In this document: one piece after another, positions 28,105-38,464 of the stretch
Position numbering within the stretch: position 1 is the first letter of the stretch
Layout: every line of letters starts with the position of its first letter
NCBI GenBank assembly: GCA_023653075.1
Contig: JAMNXQ010000005.1
Coordinates: forward strand, 13,925 to 77,924
Length of the DNA stretch: 64,000 bases
From: Algoriphagus sp.
GTDB taxonomy: Bacteria > Bacteroidota > Bacteroidia > Cytophagales > Cyclobacteriaceae
Direction of reading: 5' to 3'
The notes under the pieces: model-generated
The model's input: only the letters and a program-made list of their open reading frames with translations
Told to the model about the DNA's origin: nothing
Databases searched by the model: none
Position numbers and translations under genes: made by a program

Positions 28105-30636
28105 ATGGAAGCAAAATTTTCGAACAGAGTCAAGGAGGTAATCTCCCTCAGCCGCGAAGAAGCCCTTCGTTTGGGGCACGATTACATTGGCACAGAGCAC
28201 CTCTTGTTGGGAATGATCCGCGAGGGAGAGGGGGTAGCGGTTTCCATACTCAAGAAACTAGGGATACCCTTGGATGAATTACGTACCGCCATTGAGCGGG
28301 CGGTGAAGGGTACAGCCAATCACAATGTGAAAAATATGGCGAATATCCCCTTGACCAGACAATCTGAAAAAGTACTGAAGATCACCTACTTAGAAGCAAA
28401 AATTTTCAAAAGTCAACTGATTGGCACGGAGCACTTGTTGCTGTCCATCCTTCGTGACGAGGACAACATTGCCACACAGATATTGAATAAGTTTGAAGTC
28501 AACTACGACAGCATCAAGGAAATGCTTGAAATGCAGTCGGACAGCAGTTCTTCTCCCAAGGCCCGTGCTGAGGCAGAAGATGGGGACGAGGATGGTTCCA
28601 AATTATTTGGTTCTTCTTCTTCCGGAGGAGGATCCAACAAGCCCGGAGCAGAGAAATCTCGCACGCCAGTTTTGGACAACTTTGGTCGCGATCTGACCAA
28701 AATGGCCGAAGACGACAAGCTGGATCCGATCATTGGTCGAGAAAAAGAAATCGAACGTGTCGCACAAATTCTTTCGCGTAGAAAGAAAAACAATCCGATT
28801 TTGATTGGTGAGCCAGGTGTGGGTAAAACAGCCATCGCAGAAGGATTGGCCTTGCGCATTGTCCAGAAAAAAGTTTCTCGAATCTTGTTCAACAAGCGCG
28901 TGGTGACCTTGGATCTCGCATCCTTGGTGGCAGGTACCAAGTACAGAGGACAGTTTGAAGAGCGCATGAAGGCGGTGATGAACGAGTTGGAAAAATCTCC
29001 CAACGTGATCCTATTCATCGATGAATTGCACACGATTGTAGGTGCAGGTGGTGCTTCCGGTTCTCTGGATGCCTCCAACATGTTTAAGCCTGCCTTGGCA
29101 CGTGGAGAAATCCAATGCATTGGTGCCACGACCTTGGACGAATACAGACAATACATTGAGAAGGATGGCGCTTTGGCGCGTCGTTTCCAAATGGTCATGG
29201 TGGATGCCACCTCTCCAGAAGAGACGATTCAAATCCTAAACAATATCAAGGATAAATACGAAGATCACCACAACGTCATCTATACCGATGCTGCGATTGA
29301 GGGATGCGTGAAGCTTTCGGATCGTTACATTTCCGATCGTTTCCTTCCTGACAAGGCCATCGATATTTTGGATGAAGCGGGTGCTCGGGTACACATCCAA
29401 AACATCAATGTTCCTGAGGATATTTTGCGTTTGGAATCGGAGGTAGAGAATATCAAAGCCGAGAAAAACCGCGTAGTCAAATCTCAGAAATACGAGGAAG
29501 CCGCACAGCTTCGTGACAAGGAAAAGAAACTCTTGGAGCAATTGGACGAGGCGAAGTTGAAGTGGGAAGAGGAAAGCAAGACCAAGCGTTTTACAGTGGA
29601 TGAAGATCATGTGGCGGAAGTAATCGCCATGATGACCGGAATTCCGGCCAAACGGGTAGCACAGAAAGAGGGCAACAAGCTACTCAACATGGGTGAGGAG
29701 CTTAAGGGCAAAGTAATCGGTCAAGAAGAGGCAATTAAGAAATTAACCAAAGCTATTCAGCGTACGCGTGTAGGGTTGAAAGATCCGAAGAAGCCGATCG
29801 GCTCCTTTATTTTCTTAGGTCCTACGGGAGTTGGAAAAACGGAGTTGGCGAAGACCCTAGCCACTTACCTCTTTGACAAGGAAGACTCCTTGATTCGTAT
29901 CGACATGTCCGAATACATGGAGAAATTCTCCGTATCTCGATTGGTAGGAGCACCTCCAGGCTATGTAGGTTATGAAGAAGGGGGACAGCTTACCGAGAAG
30001 GTTCGTCGCAAGCCGTATTCTGTAGTCCTTCTGGATGAGATCGAAAAAGCTCACCCAGATGTGTTTAATATCCTACTTCAGGTGTTGGACGATGGAATTT
30101 TGACAGATGGATTGGGTAGACGGGTTGATTTCCGAAATACGATCATCATCATGACTTCCAACATTGGGGTGCGTGACTTGAAGGACTTCGGTGCGGGTAT
30201 TGGCTTTGCCAATCGTGCCAAGGTGGATAATCAGGATGAAATCATGAAGTCTACCATTCAGTCAGCTTTGAAGAAGGCCTTTAGTCCAGAATTCTTAAAC
30301 CGTTTGGACGATGTGGTGGTGTTTAACTCCCTGAGCAAGGAAGATATTCACAAAATCATCGACATCAGTTTGGGCAAGTTGTTTCACCGCATCACCGACC
30401 TGGGCTACAAAATCGAGCTCACCGAGAAGGCGAAAGATTTCTTGGCCAATAAAGGCTATGACCAGCAGTATGGAGCAAGACCTTTGAATCGAGCCATCCA
30501 GAAGTATTTGGAAGACGCGATTGCGGAAGAAATCTTGAAAGGAGACCTATCTGAAGGGGATGTGATCACCGCCGATTATGTGGAGGAAGCCACGGAGCTT
30601 TCGCTATCGGTAACCAAGAAAGAGAAAGCGGATTAA
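28105..30636 (+). CDS. clpC: ATP-dependent Clp protease ATP-binding subunit
   Basis: Two Clp_N repeats, GEPGVGKT, UVR coil, GPTGVGKT, GAPPGYVGY. Confidence 0.97.
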   Translation: MEAKFSNRVKEVISLSREEALRLGHDYIGTEHLLLGMIREGEGVAVSILKKLGIPLDELRTAIERAVKGTANHNVKNMANIPLTRQSEKVLKITYLEAKIFKSQLIGTEHLLLSILRDEDNIATQILNKFEVNYDSIKEMLEMQSDSSSSPKARAEAEDGDEDGSKLFGSSSSGGGSNKPGAEKSRTPVLDNFGRDLTKMAEDDKLDPIIGREKEIERVAQILSRRKKNNPILIGEPGVGKTAIAEGLALRIVQKKVSRILFNKRVVTLDLASLVAGTKYRGQFEERMKAVMNELEKSPNVILFIDELHTIVGAGGASGSLDASNMFKPALARGEIQCIGATTLDEYRQYIEKDGALARRFQMVMVDATSPEETIQILNNIKDKYEDHHNVIYTDAAIEGCVKLSDRYISDRFLPDKAIDILDEAGARVHIQNINVPEDILRLESEVENIKAEKNRVVKSQKYEEAAQLRDKEKKLLEQLDEAKLKWEEESKTKRFTVDEDHVAEVIAMMTGIPAKRVAQKEGNKLLNMGEELKGKVIGQEEAIKKLTKAIQRTRVGLKDPKKPIGSFIFLGPTGVGKTELAKTLATYLFDKEDSLIRIDMSEYMEKFSVSRLVGAPPGYVGYEEGGQLTEKVRRKPYSVVLLDEIEKAHPDVFNILLQVLDDGILTDGLGRRVDFRNTIIIMTSNIGVRDLKDFGAGIGFANRAKVDNQDEIMKSTIQSALKKAFSPEFLNRLDDVVVFNSLSKEDIHKIIDISLGKLFHRITDLGYKIELTEKAKDFLANKGYDQQYGARPLNRAIQKYLEDAIAEEILKGDLSEGDVITADYVEEATELSLSVTKKEKAD

Positions 30637-30642
30637 GGAATG

Positions 30643-30712
30643 GACCACAGTTGACAGACCACGGTCCACGGCTCATTAAATTGAACTCCAAGCCTTATTT
30701 TCCTTGGTTACT
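30643..30712 (+). repeat. Dispersed repeat family B, partial copy
   Basis: gaccaca gttgaca gaccacg gtccacg gctca..ttgaactccaagccttattttccttggttact; aligns with the 58.8 kb and 50.8 kb copies. Confidence 0.85.
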
Positions 30713-30753
30713 GTAAAAAAAAGGAGCTAATCACATCAAGATAAATTAGTGAC

Positions 30754-30796
30754 AAAAAGAGCCTTGAAGACTTTTGTTTTCAAGGCTCTTTTTTTT
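30754..30796. terminator. Bidirectional intrinsic terminator (clpC / MBL hydrolase)
   Basis: aaaaagagccttgaa...ttcaaggctc followed by T8. Confidence 0.9.
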
Positions 30797-30805
30797 GGGT
30801 TGGTG

Positions 30806-32203
30806 TTAAATCCCTTCAAATAAAACGAAGGATTCCAGGTAGTTGGGAAGAATGGTATGCCAGCCCAGTTCCTCCTTGAGTTTGTAGGCCAGTGCCTCCG
30901 CACTTTTGGGTTCCCCGTGCACCACAAAGGTGAATTTGGGTTTCTCGGTAAATCCTTCGGCCCAGTCCATGAGTTCCTCCTGGTCTGCATGTGCGGAAAG
31001 GCCTTCGATAGGGTACACCTTAGCACGTACAGGAACTTCCTCTCCATAGATTCGGATGTTCTGTTCTCCATCCAGCAGACGTCTGCCACGAGTTTCTTGG
31101 GCTTGGTAACCTACGATGACGACCCCGTTTTTTTCATGAGGGAGGTGGTGGTAGAGGTGGTGCAGGATTCGTCCACCGGTAGCCATCCCGCTGGCTGAAA
31201 TGATGATCGCTTTTCCGGAGTAGGTGTTCAGCGACATGGATTCCTCCTTTTTCTGAAAGTAATGCAGGTGCGGATGCTTGAAGGCGTGTTCGTCTTCCAA
31301 TAGCATGGCACTCAGGCGATGGTCATTTCTGTAATCTAGATACAATTGAGTGGCATCAATCGCCATGGGACTATCGGTAAAAATGGGGACTTTTGGAATT
31401 TTCCCTTTTTCCATCAATTGGTAGAGGTGGTAGAGCAGGAGTTGGGTTCGGCCTACGGCAAAGGCAGGGATGATCACCAGACCACCTCGGTCAAAGGTGT
31501 CTCGGATGGCACGAGCGAGTTCCTCTTCTGGTTTGGAGTTGGCCGATTTGCGGTCGCCGTAAGTGGATTCGATCCACAAGACATCTGCTTTTGGGATACA
31601 GGCAGGGGGAAAAAGCAGCGGGTCTTTGTAGCGCCCCAAGTCGCCAGAAAATACTAGTCTTTTGGTTTCCCGTTCTCCCTGAATCAGGAATTTGACGATG
31701 GATGCTCCAAGAATGTGGCCTGCATGGAAGAAGGTTACTGTGACGGCCGGATGTATGGAAAAAGGGCGTTCGAAGGGCTTCGGAACAAATAGGGGGAATA
31801 CCGCTTCGGCATCAGCTTTGGTGTACAGGGGCTGAGGATCCTCGTGACGGGAATAGCCTTTTTTGCGGGCATATTCAGCTTCTTCCTCCTGCAATTTGCC
31901 CGAATCCAGCAGTAAGATTTTTGCTAGGGAAGCGGTGGCTTCTGTGCAGTAGATTGGACCTGAAAATCCTTGCTGAACCAACCGGGGTAGGTAGCCGATG
32001 TGATCCAAGTGCGCATGCGTAAGGACTACTGCCTCCAAGTCTTCCAGCGGCATCGGGAAGTCATCCCAGTTTTGTTCGCGGAGTTTTCGTCCACCTTGAA
32101 ACAATCCACAATCGACTAGAAACTCAAAATCTCCTAGGTCAATCAGGTATTTGGAGCCGGTGACCACACCGGAGCCCCCTAAAAATTTGGCAATGACATC
32201 CAT
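30806..32203 (-). CDS. MBL-fold metallo-hydrolase, beta-CASP ribonuclease family
   Basis: THAHLDHIG, AGHILG, FSGDLG, ESTYG, PAFAVGRTQ, SAHAD, VHGE. Confidence 0.93.
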   Translation of the reverse strand: MDVIAKFLGGSGVVTGSKYLIDLGDFEFLVDCGLFQGGRKLREQNWDDFPMPLEDLEAVVLTHAHLDHIGYLPRLVQQGFSGPIYCTEATASLAKILLLDSGKLQEEEAEYARKKGYSRHEDPQPLYTKADAEAVFPLFVPKPFERPFSIHPAVTVTFFHAGHILGASIVKFLIQGERETKRLVFSGDLGRYKDPLLFPPACIPKADVLWIESTYGDRKSANSKPEEELARAIRDTFDRGGLVIIPAFAVGRTQLLLYHLYQLMEKGKIPKVPIFTDSPMAIDATQLYLDYRNDHRLSAMLLEDEHAFKHPHLHYFQKKEESMSLNTYSGKAIIISASGMATGGRILHHLYHHLPHEKNGVVIVGYQAQETRGRRLLDGEQNIRIYGEEVPVRAKVYPIEGLSAHADQEELMDWAEGFTEKPKFTFVVHGEPKSAEALAYKLKEELGWHTILPNYLESFVLFEGI

Positions 32204-32228
32204 GGTTTTGTGTTTTTTTAGAAGGTAC

Positions 32229-32270
32229 AAAAAAAAGTGGTCCCGTCCCGCAAGTGCGGGACGGGACCAC
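32229..32270 (-). terminator. Terminator of padR-pspC with a nested GC palindrome
   Basis: A8-gtggtccc-gtcccgc-aagt-gcgggac-gggaccac. Confidence 0.85.
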
Positions 32271-32305
32271 CTAAATCAACCTTAATCTAAACTTTAAGTA
32301 GCTCC

Positions 32306-34267
32306 TTAATTTTCCTTCAAGAAATAGGTATCCTTGAGTTTGGCGCGGCTTAGGCTATCCTGTTGGATCTTAGTTATAGAGTCCAGCTGGGCTTTTTCGG
32401 ATTCAAAGGAATCCCAATCGCGTCGCTCTCCCTTTTTTTCTGGGCAGGTGAGGCAGGTAAGGCCTGATTCGTTGAATACCCAGATTGCTTCTGTACGGAC
32501 ATCTTCCCTATCGTATCCATTTTTATACAGTGTATTTTCTAGGATGTCTAATAAGCTATCGTCCATAATAAATGGTTTGTTGTAAGGAATCGCCAGGCTT
32601 AGGTTTAGTTTTTGATCTCTAAAAGCACCCAAGGTTTTTAGATCAAATCCTCGTTCAAAAGTGATGACGGAATCTTTTACGGCATAGGAATAAGCGATCT
32701 TTTTGATGTTTTCCTGTGCCTGTTTTTTGGTTTGACCTCGAGAGAAATATTCTTGATTTAGGGTAAGTACACTGTCTTCGGTGCCTTTTAGTTCAAGAAC
32801 GGCTTGTTCGTAAAATTCTTCCTCATCATTATCTTCTACCTTCAAGAAGAGTACACCTGGACCCAAGGTGATTGGGGTGTTGGTAATCACGCGTTCTTCT
32901 TCTTTGAACTTGGCGATGACGCGTGGAATTTGAAATCCTAGGGTAGCAATGCACATCAGCCATAGCGCGAGTACAGTTAATGCAAATTTGCTACCTACTA
33001 GATTTTTCTTGGAGAGGACACTCAATCCGAGCATTAGGATCAAAATCCCAGGTATCGCAAGAACTCCGAGGCCAGCAGCTGCTAGTCCTAAAGGAACTAA
33101 TTCGGTAAACATGTCCAAGGGGAATGCATCCACTGTACCGTAATACATGGGGTCTAGGATTCCGAGGTACAGCGCAAAGGTTACCAACGGTGCGCCGACC
33201 AGTACCATGCCGAAAAAGAAAATAACCACACCAAAAAAGAGGCGTAATAGGGTAAGTAGAAATTTACCTAAGGATCCGAGCGCGGAAATTAGGGCTTCGA
33301 TCACCTGTCCTAATAATTGAAAAGGTTTCATTAGTACCATGACTGTATTTTTTACAGTAGACTCCGGCGTTGGTGGAGCTGGATTAATGGTTTCCTTGAG
33401 CGTGGAATCGATGCTATCTAGGGTGATTTCGCCCCCCTTCATTTTGATCCGTTCCGTGATCGAACTCGCCAATGGGGTAATGATCCATAGAATTAGGTAA
33501 ATCACTATGCCAGATCCACCTGCAAAAGTGAGAAAGACAAAAGCTAAGCGTACATAGATTACCTTGATGCCGAAGTACGCTGCTAATCCGCTGGCTACTC
33601 CACCTAGCGCTTTGTCGTCTGGATTTCGAAATAGTTTTTTGATTTCCTTATTTTCTTCCTTGGCATAGGACACTGGAAGAATCACCCACAAGACGATATA
33701 AGCGACCACAGCTATTCCTGCAAATCCAAAGTTGATATCCATCCGACCAAAAGGGTTGAAATCAAAAAGACGGGCGAGGTTGATGTTTCCGCTAAATAGA
33801 AGCAGAATGGCTATCAATCGAATCCAAAGTGCATCGATGGCGAAGTAATGCGCAATCCCTGCACAGACTCCACCCAAGATTTTCTTATGCTCCATCCGCA
33901 TGAGCTTTTTGTAGCCACCATCTGCAGTATTCGGTGGAGTGACGTACTTGTAAAAGTCATCGCTCGCAGGATCTACCACTTCCTCTGCTTCTTCTTTCTC
34001 CTCCAAGGAACTGAAGTCCGCAATGGTACCCATTTTTTCAATGAGGCGGGTGACATTCTCTGCGGTGATCACCTGATTGTTGTTTTTGAGGTAGGAAAGG
34101 AATATTTCCGCAATGCGATTTTCGATATCGGAAACTATTTCCTTGCTATCGGGGTACCCGGAAAAGTGGGTATTGATACTTTCTAGGTAGTTTTTGAGGG
34201 TATCGTATCCATCTTCTTCGATGTGGAATAAAATACCGCTGATGTTGATGCTCAATGTCTTTTTCAT
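32306..34267 (-). CDS. pspC: PspC-domain membrane protein (two PspC domains)
   Basis: ILGGVCAGIAHYF and ALGGVASGLAAYF; YIVLWVILP / YLILWIITP; N-terminus MKKTLSINISG...DIENRIAE. Confidence 0.9.
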   Translation of the reverse strand: MKKTLSINISGILFHIEEDGYDTLKNYLESINTHFSGYPDSKEIVSDIENRIAEIFLSYLKNNNQVITAENVTRLIEKMGTIADFSSLEEKEEAEEVVDPASDDFYKYVTPPNTADGGYKKLMRMEHKKILGGVCAGIAHYFAIDALWIRLIAILLLFSGNINLARLFDFNPFGRMDINFGFAGIAVVAYIVLWVILPVSYAKEENKEIKKLFRNPDDKALGGVASGLAAYFGIKVIYVRLAFVFLTFAGGSGIVIYLILWIITPLASSITERIKMKGGEITLDSIDSTLKETINPAPPTPESTVKNTVMVLMKPFQLLGQVIEALISALGSLGKFLLTLLRLFFGVVIFFFGMVLVGAPLVTFALYLGILDPMYYGTVDAFPLDMFTELVPLGLAAAGLGVLAIPGILILMLGLSVLSKKNLVGSKFALTVLALWLMCIATLGFQIPRVIAKFKEEERVITNTPITLGPGVLFLKVEDNDEEEFYEQAVLELKGTEDSVLTLNQEYFSRGQTKKQAQENIKKIAYSYAVKDSVITFERGFDLKTLGAFRDQKLNLSLAIPYNKPFIMDDSLLDILENTLYKNGYDREDVRTEAIWVFNESGLTCLTCPEKKGERRDWDSFESEKAQLDSITKIQQDSLSRAKLKDTYFLKEN

Positions 34268-34286
34268 GCGTAGGTCGACGAAAGGA

Positions 34287-34616
34287 TTACTTCTTTTTGG
34301 TGATTTGATTGATGGACTGCACCAAGGCCTTCCAAGTTTGGGCTAGGCTCTTCAAGGTAGCCTGTCCCTCTTCCGTAATGGAATAGTATTTTCGAGGAGG
34401 GCCAGCCTCCGATTCTACCCAGCGGTAGCTAACTAATGCAGCCGATTTGAGTCGGTTGAGTAGGGGATACAGGGTGCCCTCTACGACGATCATCTGCGCT
34501 TGGGTGAGTTCTTCAATCAGGTCAGAGGTGTAGACTTCCCCCCTGGAAATGATGTGCAATACGCAGTACTCCAGGAGTCCTTTGCGCATTTGTACTTGGG
34601 TGTTGGTTTGGTTCAT
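34287..34616 (-). CDS. PadR family transcriptional regulator
   Basis: MRKGLLEYCVL, EGTLYPLLNRL, GPPRKYY; start placed at MNQTN. Confidence 0.93.
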   Translation of the reverse strand: MNQTNTQVQMRKGLLEYCVLHIISRGEVYTSDLIEELTQAQMIVVEGTLYPLLNRLKSAALVSYRWVESEAGPPRKYYSITEEGQATLKSLAQTWKALVQSINQITKKK

Positions 34617-34928
34617 GACTGTGGTAACTAGCTTCTTTGGCAAGGGGTAGATTCGCCTTCCTCGGTCTACTCTAAGAAAAAGTAATACCAAGTTTTAAGT
34701 AGAGTACCTTGTATAACCTAATTCTAGGTATTCAAGAAAAAATAATTTACACAAAGACCAATTAATCCATTGATAATGAGGTGAATTCATGTAATTTTAA
34801 TTGCTGTAAAAAAATAAAAATTTTTAGCACCGGTACTTTTTTAGGTTTTCGGGCCTCCTACGTTGTTCAACTTTAGGACAGGGAAGTGACCGAAAATGTA
34901 CATTTTTTGAGTTCGAGTTCCGTACAGT

Positions 34929-35033
34929 TTGAGGTTCATTTAGGTGAGCTGTGGTCTGTGGACAGTCGTCTGTCGACGATTATCCGCAGAAATTCAAGTA
35001 TGCTTTAAGCTACTAGTGAGATTTCGGATAATC
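34929..35033 (-). repeat. Dispersed repeat family B, long copy (inverted)
   Basis: Reverse complement aligns along its length to 50719-50823; 30-bp core 34948-34977 identical. Confidence 0.95.
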
Positions 35034-35082
35034 CTATTCTATTTTTTTAATCCTGAGCTCGGCTCAAATTTCCCATTTTTTC

Positions 35083-37212
35083 ATGAGAAACCCCATCGTT
35101 CTTATTCTCCTAGGTTGTGGCCTGTGCAGTATTTCCATGGCCCAAGATTCGGTCTGGTACCGCTATGACCAGACCTATTACAAAATACAAACTGCTGCCG
35201 ATGGGATCTACCGGATTTACCCTGCAAGTATGGAGGCAGCTGGAATTCAACTTGAAGGGAAAGATCCTCGATGCTTTCGGCTCTACCACCGAGGAAAAGA
35301 AGTGGGTCTTCAGGTAGCTGGTGAGCAGGATGGAAGCCTGGATCCGGAGGATTACTTGGATTTTATAGGAAAAAGAAACGAGGAGTGGAGGGATTCAGGG
35401 ATTGCAATTCCAAATCCATACATCAATACCTATTCAGATACCACTGCCTTTTTCCTAGTTTATACCCCTGGAGAGCGAGGAAAGCCAATGGATCTCCGGG
35501 CTGCTATTCCTATTTCGGATAAGTTTGAAGAGGTACAACTCCAGGTGTTTGCGGAGGAGTATTCCATGGGAGAAATGGCCCGATGGGGGCTGCGCTCCTC
35601 AACACCTAAGGAGGGGCAGGGTTGGATGAGTTTCGTGATTGCTTCCAGTAGGAACCTGGAGTTTCAACTGGACGCTGCCTATTCAAAAGTGGATTCCCAA
35701 TCTATTTCACTCGAACTGGGTTGGGTTGGGCGCTCGACTATGGAGCATGTGCCCTTACTTTGGATTGGTACATCTTCTAAGGTCCTTCGAGCACTTCCGA
35801 GTCCTCAATTTTCTGGGTATGAATCGCACAGGCAGTTCCTGGTCCTTCAGCAGGAAGATTTCCAAGATGGAAAGCTCAAGCTCCATTTGGCTGTAGATCC
35901 TGCCCGTGAAGGAGATTATTTCTCGCTGGCTTTTGCTCGACTTACCTACCTGCTGCCCAAAACTAATGCGAATACAGGACCTGCTCCTCTTCGATTTACA
36001 GTGGAATCGCTGCAAGCTGTTCGCTTTCGAAATTACGATAACCTGCCCGCCAACTACCTGATTGTGGGGCATGGGCAGCTTGAACAACCTAGCCAGTCCT
36101 ACCCAAACCCAGTCCAAGCGTATGCTGCCTACCGTGCCTCTGGGGCAGGTGGAGGTTACGACACCCTGGTGCTCCGTATGGAGGACTTGTACGATCAATT
36201 TGCCTTTGGCGAAAAAACTCCCTTGGCCCTGCATGCATTTTTAAAATCCTACTGGCCGAAGTACCAACCTAAGTACCTTCTCCTTGCTGGCCGTGCACTG
36301 ATTCCATCTGCCCAAATCTGGCAAAAGGATACTGCGGTTTTCCAGCGAAACGCACCGCAGGCATTTGCCTTCCAAGATCTTGTGCCTACAGGGGGCTTTC
36401 CGCCTTCAGATTCCCAATTCGTGAGGGGATTGAATTTGGAGGATCCTGCTCTACCAGCGATGGCAGTGGGGAGAATCCCTGCCAAAAATGCGCAGGAACT
36501 TGCCGATTACCTGGATAAAGTTAAGGAGATAGCGCTTTTGGAAACCTCCGGTACACCAAAGATGCTCCACCTGGTTGGCGGAATGAATCCCGTAGAAATC
36601 GAGCGGCATCGTAGTTTTATGGAAGGCTTTGCTACAGTAGCTACTCGTGGGATTCAGGAGGTGGAGGCGATTACTTACAGCAAGCAGGGGGAAGCCGAGG
36701 TGGAACGGTTGGATTTGGGAAAGGAGATCAACGCTGGCATTGCGCTGCTGACTTATTTTGGGCATGGATCCTTGGGATACAACGAACTGGATTTTGGATA
36801 CGTGTCCGACTCCAACTTGGGCTATGCCAATGCTGGCGCCTATCCCTTACTGCTCATCAATGGCTGCGAATATGGAAATGCTTTTGGCGCTAGCTACAGC
36901 CAAGGGGAGGATTGGCTGATCACTCCAAAGAAAGGAGCAATTGCGGTACTTTCTAATTCTAGCGTGGGAGTGGACATTTTGCTCAAGCGCTCCAGCGAAT
37001 TGCTGTATCGAGGGCTGTTTGACTGGGGGGAATCCTCTTGTACGCCGACGCTCGGCGAGATTCTCCTGAAGGCTGAACAAGCCTTTACTAATCGGTATGG
37101 GCAGGGTCCCGAATACCAGGCTCACTGGGCACAATTGATTCTCTTGGGTGATCCTGCGCTACGGCTTTTTTCTTGCAAAAGCCCAAATAACGCCATGCTG
37201 CAAGGAAAGTAG
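35083..37212 (+). CDS. C25 (gingipain-like) cysteine peptidase, PorU-related, short form
   Basis: Signal peptide; YYKI..DGIYRI; LYDQFAFG, VGRIPA, YFGHG (His), INGC (Cys), LLGDPA. Confidence 0.85.
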   Translation: MRNPIVLILLGCGLCSISMAQDSVWYRYDQTYYKIQTAADGIYRIYPASMEAAGIQLEGKDPRCFRLYHRGKEVGLQVAGEQDGSLDPEDYLDFIGKRNEEWRDSGIAIPNPYINTYSDTTAFFLVYTPGERGKPMDLRAAIPISDKFEEVQLQVFAEEYSMGEMARWGLRSSTPKEGQGWMSFVIASSRNLEFQLDAAYSKVDSQSISLELGWVGRSTMEHVPLLWIGTSSKVLRALPSPQFSGYESHRQFLVLQQEDFQDGKLKLHLAVDPAREGDYFSLAFARLTYLLPKTNANTGPAPLRFTVESLQAVRFRNYDNLPANYLIVGHGQLEQPSQSYPNPVQAYAAYRASGAGGGYDTLVLRMEDLYDQFAFGEKTPLALHAFLKSYWPKYQPKYLLLAGRALIPSAQIWQKDTAVFQRNAPQAFAFQDLVPTGGFPPSDSQFVRGLNLEDPALPAMAVGRIPAKNAQELADYLDKVKEIALLETSGTPKMLHLVGGMNPVEIERHRSFMEGFATVATRGIQEVEAITYSKQGEAEVERLDLGKEINAGIALLTYFGHGSLGYNELDFGYVSDSNLGYANAGAYPLLLINGCEYGNAFGASYSQGEDWLITPKKGAIAVLSNSSVGVDILLKRSSELLYRGLFDWGESSCTPTLGEILLKAEQAFTNRYGQGPEYQAHWAQLILLGDPALRLFSCKSPNNAMLQGK

Positions 37213-37240
37213 AACCCTTTGGATGGAAAAGGTAAACTAG

Positions 37241-37600
37241 TTAGGGTAGCATCTGCCCAAAAGTAAGCAGGTTGTGGTCTGGATCAAGAAGCGAAAATTC
37301 CCGCATGCCCCAGGGCTTAGTTTCCAAAGGTCCATTCGGGTGGATTGCCACCTTACGCTCCAAAAAGTACTGGTAGAGGCTATCAATAGCCTCCGTTCTG
37401 AGGTAGATCTGTCCGTAGTTTTGTAGGGGATCCAGTCCCGGAAACAGGAAAAAATGGAGTTCAATCGCATCCTTTTTTACCATTAGGTATTCCGGGTAGT
37501 CTTGTGTGCCCACGAGTTGAAATCCCAATTGCTCCACGTAATAGGCTTGGGTAACCGCTTTGTTGCGCATGGGCAACTTGGGGTGAACGGATAAAATCAT
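37241..37600 (-). CDS. VOC/glyoxalase-bleomycin resistance family protein
   Basis: YYVEQLGF, ELHFF, KPWGMREFSLLDPDHNLLTF. Confidence 0.9.
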   Translation of the reverse strand: MILSVHPKLPMRNKAVTQAYYVEQLGFQLVGTQDYPEYLMVKKDAIELHFFLFPGLDPLQNYGQIYLRTEAIDSLYQYFLERKVAIHPNGPLETKPWGMREFSLLDPDHNLLTFGQMLP

Positions 37601-37648
37601 GACTAGTAGATATAGTTAGGCTAAGATTCGATTTTTGAGTGATCCAAA

Positions 37649-38344
37649 CTAGCTTTTTTTCTTGTTCCAGAAATGCCAAATTCCCCAAATACTTCCGACC
37701 AGTAGGATGCCAATAGCCAACCACTGCTCTGGATCTTGCAACGTTGCTTGGGCATCCAGAAATGACTTTGCAGCCTTCCCAGTGGCAAAAGCCAGGATGG
37801 TTCTCGGAAGCATTCCTGGAAGACCATAGCGGATGATTTGTTGCAAGGGGATCCCCAAGGAGGCAAATAGGAAATTGGAAATCGCGAAGGGAATCACCGG
37901 GCTGATGCGTACAAAGAAGACGAGTCCGGCAGGATGGTCTGTTCTCCGCTCTATTTCCTCTTTCAAGCCAGGATGACGTGCATAGAGTAGGGTACGGAAA
38001 TCCGCATTGAGCCACTTGCCCAAGTAGTAGCCCAACACATTTGCTAGGAGGTAGGCAATCACCAGATGGGGAAATACGGTCCATCCCCAAAAGAAGCCTG
38101 AGGCTAGTGCCGTGAGCGTGGTGGGGAGAAAAGCGAGCCCAACTAGCAGGGCCAGAATTAGGATCAGCAGGATATGATCTCCAATTCCTGTCACCGTGAT
38201 TTGTTCCAGTTCCTGGTAGCGAGTGCTGAGCAAAAGTGAACCCAGCAGCGGGACAAAGCTGACCCAAATCCAGCCGACCGTTGTGCTGGGATGGCTTCGG
38301 AAGTAGCGCACCAAGTCCTTGAAAATGCTGTCCTTTTTTGTCAT
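37649..38344 (-). CDS. TVP38/TMEM64 (DedA/VTT) family membrane protein
   Basis: LPTT..ASGFFWG, FVRISPVIPFAISN, GMLPRT; start uncertain. Confidence 0.85.
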   Translation of the reverse strand: MTKKDSIFKDLVRYFRSHPSTTVGWIWVSFVPLLGSLLLSTRYQELEQITVTGIGDHILLILILALLVGLAFLPTTLTALASGFFWGWTVFPHLVIAYLLANVLGYYLGKWLNADFRTLLYARHPGLKEEIERRTDHPAGLVFFVRISPVIPFAISNFLFASLGIPLQQIIRYGLPGMLPRTILAFATGKAAKSFLDAQATLQDPEQWLAIGILLVGSIWGIWHFWNKKKS

Positions 38345-38464
38345 CTTTGACTCGCTTTTGAAGTAAAAGCCAGCAAGTTTAGCACCTAGTATTGGAATTG
38401 CATTCATTTATCCATAATAGGTTTTGAATTCTATGTAAACCCAACCCTCCTAAATCCACTTTAG

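Noticed and set aside
28503-29610. Long antisense ORFs in clpC, also in ffh, rhaEW, GH97 and susD
   Set aside because: Typical antisense shadows of conserved genes, with no independent motifs
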